DNA of 44,489 nucleotides, taken from contig JAPEUG010000110.1 in NCBI GenBank assembly GCA_026025795.1, forward strand, positions 1-44,489, in the 5' to 3' direction. The DNA comes from Thelocarpon superellum. Taxonomy: Eukaryota. Under the pieces are notes generated by a model. That model saw nothing but the letters and a program-made list of their open reading frames with translations. It had not been told where the DNA came from and ran no database searches. The position numbers and the translations under genes are program-made. How positions within the stretch are numbered: position 1 is the stretch's first letter; each line of letters begins with the position of its first letter. This document shows, one piece after another, positions 23,101 to 32,720 of this stretch.

Positions 23101-23797
23101 ATACGTGAGGTTGGGGTACAAGGCCGGGGGATAGCCAAGGCCTGCATCACCTAGGTATGCCTCCGTGCCGTTGCCGCCCTCGTGGGGGAGGATGATGGAG
23201 TGGAACACCCCGTCGCCCGTGACCTGCACCAGACTCGGCGACGGCTGCTGCCCGGGACTGGTCGCGGGGAAGATGACGGCTTGGAGGAGCAGCGAGGTCG
23301 TTCCATTCCCCGGAAGTGCGCTCTGTAGATCGGTCTGTGCAGACGACGCGTGTTCATCAGCCCTGCCCTTTGCGCGGATGGCCATCGCGGTCCATACCGT
23401 CACCAGCGCCGGAAAGGCGTCGGCCGAGACATTCCCGGCATTGTAGCGTTGCAGCGCGCCTTGGATCAGGACCCGCGTGGACACGGACTCGACCAGGGTT
23501 TGCAGCAGCACCAGGTTCGCCGCGAGCTGGGCCGCTTTCAAGGACGCGGTCAGATCCAATCCCGACGAGCTGTGCTGCCGTTAGCGGGGAGCGCGATCGT
23601 CTGGCGCGGGGCAGGGCCGCACCGAATGTCGACGACAAAGTCATACGTCCGAAGCCACTGGCAGGAGCGGTCAGCCGACGCTCGCGCGACCCGAGCTTCT
23701 CACGGTCGCATACCGTGGCGATGGCCAGCACGGCCAAGGCCACCAGACAGGAGAACAAGACCAGCAGCGCCAGCTGCTCGCGAATCGGGATGCGCAT
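20107..23797 (-). CDS. SLN1: Transmembrane hybrid histidine kinase, Sln1/TcsB type (group VI)
   Basis: Exons 23797-23714, 23657-23623, 23569-23398, 23334-20643, 20588-20491, 20420-20312 and 20240-20107. MRIPIREQL start, two TM helices, HAMP ([13 protein letters not shown]), H-box [16 protein letters not shown]-box [13 protein letters not shown]1 VEDSGPGI, G2 [10 protein letters not shown], and receiver VLVAEDN..FMDIQMP..FLAKPIK. Confidence 0.92.
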
Positions 23798-24452
23798 CGC
23801 GAGGGGAGCTGCCAGACGGCTTCACCTCCGATGGATGCCAGACCGGCACATGGTCCGCGTGCTCGAGTAGCCGGGTGTCGAGGCCGAGTGCTGTGATGAA
23901 CACCACCGTCCACCCTGACGTGGACAGGCGATGGGTCGAGGATGGAGATGAAGACATGGCGATGTTCCCAAACGGGAATGGCGCGTCGTTAGTCAAGTTA
24001 GTGTTGAACGAGGTCCACTTAAGGTGCGATCGACGCCAGTCCCCATCGGGAGCTGCTGCCGCCGATCGATCGCCGCGCGGGACGAGGTAAGCTTCGCGTA
24101 CGTCAGCGAGCAGATTACGTACGCAGCCCACGTTGTCTGATCACGTGACACTCTGTCTGACAAGGTCGATGACAGTCTCTCTCAACGCCGCCCGCCACGG
24201 CAATGGCCACGGCAATGGCTTCACATGGACCCTGGACCCTCGCATTCCCGCTCTGTCGCACACGAGGGGAGCTTGAGGGTGGGCGACACAGAGCGGCGGT
24301 CCGATAGGCCCCGTTCGGCGGTCGTGAGACCTATCAGACTCGTGGTGTCGGGAGGGATGAGGAGGGCGGAGGTCAGGACCACGTCGTGCCATGGCAGACG
24401 ACGGTTGTAGACGAGTCCTTCTTCTCGACAAACCGCCTATGCTGTAGATCAA

Positions 24453-25020
24453 GCGTCCCGGGTATTCCTCCAGCGTCCAGTGTATCCCTGTATTCCCTCC
24501 AGTGTCCAGTCTATTCCTCCAATGTCCAGTGTATCCCTCCAGTGTTCAGTGTATTCCTCCAGCGTCCAGTGTATTCCTCCAGCGTCCGGTGTATCCCTCC
24601 AGCGTCCAGTGTATCCCTCCAGCATCCAGTGTATCCCTCCAGCGTCCAGTGTATCCCTCCAGCGTCCAGTGCATCCCTCCAGCGTCCAGTGTATCCCTCC
24701 AGTGTCCAGTGTTACTGTATTCCCTCCAGCGTCCAGTCTATTCCTCCAGTGTCCAGTGTGTCCCGGGTATTCCTCCAGCGTCCAGTGTATCCCTCCAGCG
24801 TTTAGTGTTTCCCTCCAGCGTTTAGTGTTTCCCTCCAGCGTCCAGTGTGTCCCTGTATTCCCTCCAGCGTCCAGTCTATTCCTCCAGCGTCCGGTGTATC
24901 CCTCCAGCGTCCAGTCTATCCCTCCAGCGTCCAGTGCATCCCTCCAGCGTTCAGTGCATCCCTGTATCCCTCCAGTGTCCAATCCATCCCCCCAGCGTCC
25001 AGTCTATCCCTCCAGCAGTC
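24453..25020. repeat. 20-bp minisatellite array (consensus GTATCCCTCCAGCGTCCAGT), roughly 26-28 copies
   Basis: Near-perfect 20-nt periodicity over 24500-24710, with variant units and short insertions further on. Confidence 0.97.
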
Positions 25021-25090
25021 CAATCCAGCCAGCTAGCAGTCCACCGTACGGACGGCGAACATAGCGTAGCATAGAGGAGACACACCATCA

Positions 25091-25907
25091 TCAAGACTCA
25101 GTCGCCGCAGTGGTCGTATGCGCCGTCTCCCCCGGCTTGCTGCTCTTCCTCTTCTGCTTCTTGCTCCTCCGATGCGACTGCACTCCGGTCGACAATGATG
25201 ATGCCGTCGCCTCCACATCGTCGCCAGCATCCGGGGGCAATGTGCCCGTCGCGCCCATCACCATCCTCTTCTTGCCTGACGCGGTCGAGCCCTGCTGCGC
25301 CGCGTCCCCCTCCATCGCCGTCCCCTTCCGTTTCTTCGCCAGATCCGTGGCGCGAAGCAGCGCCCGCGCTCTCTCCTTGGCCTGTTGCTCGGCGCGCGCG
25401 AGGTCGATCTTGTCGTTGCCGGCCTGGACGGCGCGCGCTCATCAGGACGAGGTCAAGGCAAGGGGCAAAGGAGCACGAGGACCACCCACCAGCGAGGACC
25501 GGATGACCCGTCCCGCCGCGGCCGTGTCGAGCGTCATGGCCGGCTGCTTCTGCTCGTCCACGGCCGTCACGGCCTGGATCTTCGCAAAGTACTGCTTGAC
25601 GCGCGCCAACTCGCGGAAGACGGGGTGCTGGCGCGCATCGACGCCATGGAGGCGCAGGTAGGCTGCCACGCCGACCGTCAGCACCCGCGCACGCGCACGT
25701 ACGACCAGCGGAGAAGCAGCGCATACAGAACAGACATGACTCGAGGGCATAGGTCGCCAGCACGTAGAGCTTGGCCTTGTCCAGCAGCGGCAGCTTCGCC
25801 GCCGTGTCGGCCAAGGGCGAGGCGAGGATCGGGGCCAGACTCGCGTCGAGCTCGTCCACGTGCCGCGCCAGTTGCTGCAGCAGGGGAGACAGATCAGTGG
25901 GGTCCAT
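25091..25907 (-). CDS. LRP1: Exosome cofactor Lrp1/Rrp47 (C1D/Sas10-Utp3 domain)
   Basis: Exons 25907-25727, 25662-25490 and 25423-25091. LPLLDKAKLYVLATYALESCLFSYLRLHGVDARQHPVFRELARVKQYFAKI, LDTAAAGRVIRSSLAGND, and a basic tail. Confidence 0.9.
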
Positions 25908-26223
25908 GGCGCAGACGCCGGGGCGATCCCGCGATCAGAGTGCCGCGCGGTCGGAGAGAATGCGGACGTGGGGAGTGGAGCTGGAGGCTGCACAGGTCGC
26001 GGGCGAGGTCGAGGTGACGATTCGCCTACGGGAAGTCGCGACCTCGACCTCGGGCTCGATTCTCTTCCTCCGACCTCATGACTTCATCCCGGCACCAATC
26101 ACCATCCACGCCCTCGATTGGGCCCACACGTGCGCAGCGTCCCCACGATGGCCTCTCCGAAGATCGGGAGCGGGGGCGCATGAGGAGTGGTCCGGACCAC
26201 ACGGTGCGACCCGTCGCGACCCG

Positions 26224-27750
26224 ATGCTCCGGCGCAGCTCCCGCCCCCGCGCCGCCGGCTGCGCGCTCTTCGGGACGGCCCGTCACGCATGGCGCACACC
26301 GCGCACGCCGCGCACGCCGCGCACCGTGTCGCGCAGACCCAGGAGGCTCATGAGCAGCGGCGGTCATGAGGGCGACGGCGACGGCGACGTTTCCCATGCG
26401 CCGGCCGCTGCGCCGTCCGTGGCGCAGCACGCTCCCAGCCAGGCGACGGACGACCTGATGGACGACATTACGATCGAGGAAGAGCTGGACGACGGCCCGG
26501 CCGATGCCACCCTCGCCGATCGGAGGTATCGGCACCAGCGCATCCATGTCCTCGGACCGGGCCACGTGGGCAAATTCATGACGCACGCCTTCCTGGGCAT
26601 CCCCGAACGACCGCAGCTGTCGATGATCTGCCGCAGCCTCCGTCTCGCGACCAAGTGGCAGGCCGAGGGGGAACGGATTGAGATCGTGACGGACGGAGTG
26701 TCGGACGTGCGGAGCGGCTTCAAGGTCGAATATCGGGATCCAGACCCGCAACGCGATGAGGACGGCGCCGACCCGCGGCCACGCGTCGACCTCGACGCCG
26801 ACGCGCGCGCCCCCATCCGCCATCTGATCGTCACCACCAAAGCCATGGACGTGGCCCCCGCCCTGCTCGCCGTCAAGGCCCAGCTCCTCCCCTCCTCCAC
26901 GATCCTGTTCATGCAGAACGGCATGGGCGTGGTCGACGAAGTCAACGAGCGAGTCTTCCCCGACCCGACGTCGCGGCCCCATTATCTGGTGGGCGTCAAC
27001 ACGCACGGCCTGGGCACCTCCGCCGTCGCCTTCCACGAGCCGCAGCCGGCGTCGGTCGAGGAGCGCATGCGCGCCAAGATCCGCCGCATCTACTCCACCA
27101 CGCATTACGGCGCCGGCAACATCGCCGTCGGTCTGCTCCCGCGCGCGCCCGTCCCCGCGCCCGATGGCCCGGGCAAGTGGGTGGCCCGCGGGCGCGCGCA
27201 GTCGACGCGCTACCTCCTGCGCACGCTGACGCGCACGCCCGTGCTGTCCGCGTCGGGATACGGCCCGCAAGAGATCCTGAAGCAGCAGCTGGAGAAACTG
27301 GCCGTCAACGCCGTCATCAACCCGCTGACGACCATATACAACTGTCGCAACGGCGCGCTCCTCTACAATCGCGGCGTGACCCAGACGATGCACGGGCTGC
27401 TGGACGAGACCGCGGCCGTGTGCCGCGCGCTGCCGGAGCTGCAGGGCGAGGAGGATCTGAGCGCGCGCTTCACCACGCGCCGTCTCGTGCCGCGCGTCGT
27501 CGACGTCGCCATGCGCACCAAGACCAACGTCAGCTCCATGCGCCAGGACGTCCAGCGCGGCCGTCACACCGAGATCGACTACATCAACGGCTATATCGTG
27601 CGTCGCGCCGAGGCGCTGGGCCTGTCCTGTCCGCTGAATCGTCTCCTCGTCGACATGGTCAAGGCGCGAGCGATCATGGACCGGGCCCAGCTGCGGAGCT
27701 TTGTTCCCACCAACGGGCCGCAGATTCGGAGCGTCTTCCCGTCCGAGTGA
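26224..27750 (+). CDS. PAN5: 2-dehydropantoate 2-reductase (ketopantoate reductase, PanE/ApbA family), probably mitochondrial; intronless
   Basis: IHVLGPGHVG Rossmann motif, HLIVTTKA, ILFMQNGMG, EKLAVNAVINPL (catalytic Lys), NVSSMRQDV..TEIDYINGYIV (catalytic Glu). The Arg-rich N-terminus from ATG 26224 is the inferred start. Orthology to PAN5 specifically is not proven. Confidence 0.85.
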   Translation: MLRRSSRPRAAGCALFGTARHAWRTPRTPRTPRTVSRRPRRLMSSGGHEGDGDGDVSHAPAAAPSVAQHAPSQATDDLMDDITIEEELDDGPADATLADRRYRHQRIHVLGPGHVGKFMTHAFLGIPERPQLSMICRSLRLATKWQAEGERIEIVTDGVSDVRSGFKVEYRDPDPQRDEDGADPRPRVDLDADARAPIRHLIVTTKAMDVAPALLAVKAQLLPSSTILFMQNGMGVVDEVNERVFPDPTSRPHYLVGVNTHGLGTSAVAFHEPQPASVEERMRAKIRRIYSTTHYGAGNIAVGLLPRAPVPAPDGPGKWVARGRAQSTRYLLRTLTRTPVLSASGYGPQEILKQQLEKLAVNAVINPLTTIYNCRNGALLYNRGVTQTMHGLLDETAAVCRALPELQGEEDLSARFTTRRLVPRVVDVAMRTKTNVSSMRQDVQRGRHTEIDYINGYIVRRAEALGLSCPLNRLLVDMVKARAIMDRAQLRSFVPTNGPQIRSVFPSE

Positions 27751-27864
27751 CCGCGCTGCATGGCGGGTGATGGACCGAGAGATCCTCGGCTCGCTCCCCG
27801 GCGTCGAGCGCGCGCACGGCACCAGAGATCGATGCATGGCTGGCGGTAGATCTAGAGGCAGAGA

Positions 27865-29329
27865 TCAAACATCCCCGCGGCGCAAATGATCGTCGAGCAG
27901 GCGCAAGACTTGCGTCCACCGCGTCTCCAACGCGCGCCGGCCCCGTTCGTCGCGTGGTCTCTGCCGAATCTCCTCCAAGCTAGACCACGCCTGCGCGCGG
28001 AACTGCTCCAACAATGTCGCCACAGCTTCGTCCACCTTGCCCTGCTCGCGCGTGCCCTCGTCGGTGCCGTGGACGAAGCGGATCCATTGATTCACCGGCA
28101 CTAGGGAGAGTCTGAGCGCCACTTCTGTCCGGTAGCAGACGGTGTCGCGATCGACGACGTACTTGCTGTGGCGGTCAGCGTGAAGCTTGCAAGACGAGAG
28201 AAGGGAGAGGGGAGAGGGGAGCGGGACCCAAGGAACCCCTTTGCGTCGAGCTGACTCTTCTGCTCCGCGGTCAGCGTCGGCAAGATGAGGTGGTCGAGTC
28301 GCATCTCGTCCCATTCATTGTCCGCCAGGACGAAGCCATCTGGCCTGGTCAGCAGGCGAAGCGTAGCCAGGGGAGGACGAGAGAAGGGGGTACTACATTC
28401 GACGAGGAGAAGATCGTTGCTGTGATGTCCATAAGATATGCACACTTCCTCGCCGCTCTCTTTCCCGGCCATCAGCCTGCCGGCTCGCCGCAGACTGGAG
28501 CTAGATCATACCGTACGTCCGGTCGCTCAGGATGGAGAATCCATCCGGGCCAAACGTCCCCGAACACTGTCCCGGACTTAGCCCTGGTCCAGGGGTCGTA
28601 GGAGGGCCCACGCACTCCACGCGCGGCATGGTTAAAGTGGTCGGCCAACGGACACAGTGCCATGCAGTCTGCGGCGTCAAGGGTCGTCCCGTTGCCTGGG
28701 GGGTGATAGTAAAAGGACCGCGTGTTGACGATCAGCCAGTGGTAAGCGTAGTCCGCTCGCGACATCTCCGGGAAGGCGTGGACGACGGCGTCCAAGTCGT
28801 GGGCCAGCTTCTGCTGTTGCGCGCGGAGGAGAGCTCCGACGTGTCAGCGGGAGGCGAGGAAGATCCAAGGTATCCATCCGCACCTTTGGCGGCCGGGGGA
28901 AGCAGGTCCTGCGCCGGCGCGGGCCACCACACCGGCATGGACGCATCCAAGTCGCTCCGCCTCGGCCACACATGGCGCCACTCGGCCCGACGCGTGCCGG
29001 GATGGGCCCCATCAAGAGTCAAGGTAGCCGCCAGCAGTCCATGGACCGACATGGGGCCAATGGGTCCCGACACGTGGGCGGGGATCGAGGCGGCCGTCAC
29101 CAGCGCCGGGGTGGGCACCATGAGCAGACATTCTCCCGCCTGACAGAGCGTTAGAGTGAGAGAAGAGGAGAGGACGAGCAGGAAGCATGACCTTGATTCT
29201 CTCCGTGGCGACGATGCCCACGCCTCGACCCGGAAGCCGTGCAGAGGCGATCTTGTGGAGCATGAGGCCCCGTTCCCCGGTCCATCTCGTGAACGCTTCG
29301 TCGACGTCAGACGACGACAGATCGGCCAT
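27865..29329 (-). CDS. SET-domain protein lysine methyltransferase (Rkm2-like, non-histone type)
   Basis: Multi-exon gene; introns include 29191-29140, 28883-28834 and 28227-28166. Motifs: [67 protein letters not shown]. Confidence 0.88.
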
Positions 29330-29563
29330 TGCAATGCGGAAAACGGATCGTTGGCAGCATTGGCCTCGGACCATACAAGATGTAGACGTCCACTCTGGTC
29401 GAAAGGGTGGTCGACGCCGTCATGGCTCGTGCGCCGGGGATGCAAGGTCGAGGAGACGTCGGCGGGAAGCGAGGAAGAGAGGCAGACGCTTCCTCTCTCT
29501 CCCCCTCCACCACCGCCATCACGGTCGTGTGACGGTAGCAGCCCGGACTTCTCGCGCCCGGTC

Positions 29564-30481
29564 ATGGCCAGGTCCGTCCGGAGCTGGCCTCTTCGACCAT
29601 TGGCCCATGCCGCTCCGCCCACGGCCTCCGGCGCGCAAGGCTTCTCCATCCTCCACCGCCCGCCGGCCAAGTACGACGGCCATGTGCCCCTCACCACCCT
29701 CGAGCGCGCGGCGCTCGCCCTTGGCTCGGCGGCGGTAGCCATCACCAATCCACGGCGAGCAGGTACGAGGCTCCCCTCCCTCTTCCCCTCTTCCCCTCGC
29801 CCACGGGAACGATGCTGAGCGCCGGCAGACATGATCGCCGCGCTGGGCGAGGCCACGGCGACGCCCTACTTCATCTACCGGCTGCGCGACGCGATGCTGG
29901 CCGACGCGACGGGCCGGCGCATCCTGCGCGACCGGCCGCGCATCAGCTCCCGGACGCTGTCGCTGCCGGACCTGCGCACGATGCCCGCCAACTCGCTCGG
30001 GCGCACCTACGCCGCCTGGCTGGATCGCGAGGGCGTGACGCCGGACACGCGCGAGGCGGTGCGGTACATCGACGACGAGGAGTGCGCGTACGTCATGCAG
30101 CGCTATCGCGAGGGCCACGACTTCTGCCATGCCATCACCGGCTTGCCCGTGGTGCAGGAGGGCGAGGTGGCGCTCAAGGCGTTTGAGTGGGCCAACACCC
30201 TCTTGCCCATGACCGGACTGAGCATCCTGGCCGTGGCCAGGCTGAAGCCGGCCGAGCGGCACCGCTTCTTCCGCCTCTATCTGCCCTGGGCCATCGCCAA
30301 TGGACTGCAGGCCACCGACCTCATCAACGTCTACTGGGAGGAGCAGCTGGAGCGCGACGTCGACGACCTGAGACGCGCCCTGGGCATCGAGAAGCCCGTC
30401 GATCTCCGCGACATGCGTCGACTGGCGCGCGCGCGCGCCCACACGGACGCGCGGGGTCAGCGAGACGACGCCATCCGCTGA
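29564..30481 (+). CDS. COQ4: Ubiquinone biosynthesis protein Coq4
   Basis: Exons 29564-29762 and 29829-30481. [36 protein letters not shown], metal-binding HDxxH..E motif [30 protein letters not shown]. Confidence 0.95.
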
Positions 30482-30721
30482 GACGCGTGCGGCGTGAATG
30501 TATTTATTCTATATTCCATGTGCGACATGTCTCAAGCATCTTTGGGCCTCCATCACACATCCGTAGCCTCTACGCTCCCATCCGACTCCAGTAGTGGTAC
30601 ACGTCTCCTCTCCACCGAAGGTCAAGACACGGCGTCGACAGATGTCAACGCAGATGCAGCCTCCTCAGACGGAAGAAATGCCCGACCGAGAGTATTCGTA
30701 CAGAGAAATGATGCCAGCCGC

Positions 30722-32720
30722 TCATTCAAAGGAGCCGGGGATAGTGATGGAGAGCCGGTGCTCGCCGCGGCTGTTGCGATGTGCCGCTGTCGCCGTGGAC
30801 GGTGAGGCGTCGGGGGGCAGGGCGGGGTCGAGGTCCGTGGGGGGCAGACTGGTCACGTCCACGGAGGCCGAGTGGGTGGCCTCGGTCGTGGATGCCTCCA
30901 CCGCCGGCGTCGCCTGCTCGTCCGTCGGCGCGGCCTTGCGAGCAGGCTCCGGTGCGGATCGAAAGACATGGTCGCCGTCGGCCTTGGTGGAGGCGTCGAC
31001 CTCGGCCTCGGCCTCGGCCTCGGTCTCGGACTCCGTCGGCCGCTCGAAGCTCGTCGGCACGCTGTCGTCCTGTCGCTCGCCCGTCGACGAGGTGCGGCGC
31101 CACTCCTTGCCGTGGCCCGCCGCCGGCACGACGCCACCGCCGATGCGTGCCCAGAACATGCTCTCCCGGAGCCGGACGCACTCCTCCCACGCGCCCTTCT
31201 CGCCCTCGAGGCCCTCGGTGCGCCAATGCCCGTCTTTGATCATGCGCAGGAAGCCGAGGAAGTCGCACGCCGTCCGCACGCGCCCGAGACAATAGTGACA
31301 GACGGGATAGCGTTGGGCGTACTCGCTGGCGCTGGTCTTGAAGCGGTGTCGGCGCGCACACTCCTCGGTCTTGCGACTCTCGTGGCACAGGGCGCAGGGA
31401 TGGCCAAAGGTCGTGTGCTTGCCCGGGATGGGCTCCACCACCAGGCTGCCATCGCTCATCGAGCTCACCACGTTCCGCCGCGCCAGCCAGGACAAGCCGG
31501 GCGCCGTGTCCAGGCGCAGGGTCGGCTCGAGATCTTCCACCAGCACGCGCTTGTAGAAGCGCGTGTCTTTGAGCGGCGTCGACGCATCCTTGCCCGAGAC
31601 GCTGCCGAGGGATGAGGCGGGCGTCGAGGGCGTCGCCGGACTCGAGGCCATCGTGCCGACGGTGTTGATGGAGGACGTGGAGCCGTTGGAGGGGAGTGGT
31701 CCGGTGGAGATGGTCGACGGGCTGTGCAGCGCATTCAAGCCCATGACGTTGAGGCCACCATACGCTCCACTCGACATGCGACTCGGCGCCGGACTGCCGC
31801 GGGCCGTGTGCAGCAGGAGCACAAAGTCTTCGTAGGCCTGCAGGTCCGTGCGGAGCACCGGCTGCAAGAGGTGGCCAAAGGCCAGGGGGTGGGCCGGGTG
31901 CAGGTCCTCGGACGAGGAGGCGTTGGGCGACAGCGCGAGCGCTTCAAACATCTTGCCCGGGTGCTCTGGGTGCACGAAGCTCGGCGTCGTGGGTGCGGTC
32001 GACAGACTGGCGCTGGTGTCGAGGTCCTCGCGATCCGAGCTCATCTGCTGCATCACCGACTTGAGCTCCGACAGCTGCTCCTGATGCGAGGCCAAGAGCG
32101 TCTCCACGTCGCTCATTTTCGCCCGGAGTTGCTCGTTCTTGCGCTCCGTGGCGTCGCGTTCTCGCCGTGCGGCGGCCACCATCTGTGGGGGATCAGCATC
32201 CGCGCACGTCGGCACCTCTACCGCATGCACCCACCGTGTTCGCCTCTTCAAACAGTGCCGTCGTCAGCGTTTCCAGCTCCAGCTCCATGCTCTTCTTCTC
32301 CTTCTCCGCCGTGGACCGTTGTCGCCGCTCGTCGGCCAACGTCAGGGACAGGTGGTAGAGTTCGTCGTTGTAGTCGTTCTTGTTGACCACCACTCCGCGG
32401 GAGAGGAGGTCAGCATGCTCGCGGGCCTCCGTCTCCAGCTGGCGCACGCGTTCTCGCGACGCTTCCAACTCGTGCCGCGTGGCGGCCAGCGAATCGTCGA
32501 GATGGGTCTGCTGGTTGATGGCATTGATGAGCTTGTTGCTGAGCATCGCCACCTCGGTGTTGAGGTCGGGATGCGGACGGAGGGCGGGCGATGCGGAGGG
32601 GGAGAGCTTGGGGGTCGCGTGTCGACTGCGCGGGTCCGGAATGGTCCCGACCATCGCCGTGTCGGCATGATGTGAGGCGTCGGACGGGAGCCCGGGGGCC
32701 GACGCCACGGTCGCGGCCAT
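30722..32720 (-). CDS. SEC2: Rab GDP/GTP exchange factor Sec2
   Basis: Exons 32720-32235 and 32182-30722; intron gtgggt..gctgat..cag. Coiled coil LSNKLINAINQQTHLDD..MELELETLTTALFEEANTMVAAAR, FYKRVLVEDLEPTLRLD.APGLSWL, and Cys cluster CALC..CHYCLGRVRTACDF. The true start may lie upstream at CTG 32995 (see findings). Confidence 0.92.

Noticed and set aside
21223..23154. 643-aa plus-strand ORF
   Set aside because: Antisense shadow of the histidine kinase in GC-rich DNA.
24453..25020. CRISPR-like array, or repeat proteins from ORFs 24386-25074
   Set aside because: Units are contiguous with no unique spacers and there are no cas genes in this eukaryotic context. The 20-nt stop-free unit opens ORFs in several frames on both strands as an artefact.
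25771..26223. 5' extension of the 659-aa ORF overlapping LRP1
   Set aside because: It begins at a TTG inside LRP1 on the opposite strand. ATG 26224, followed by a presequence-like segment, is the more plausible start.
26026..27837. 603-aa minus-strand ORF
   Set aside because: Antisense shadow of the ketopantoate reductase.
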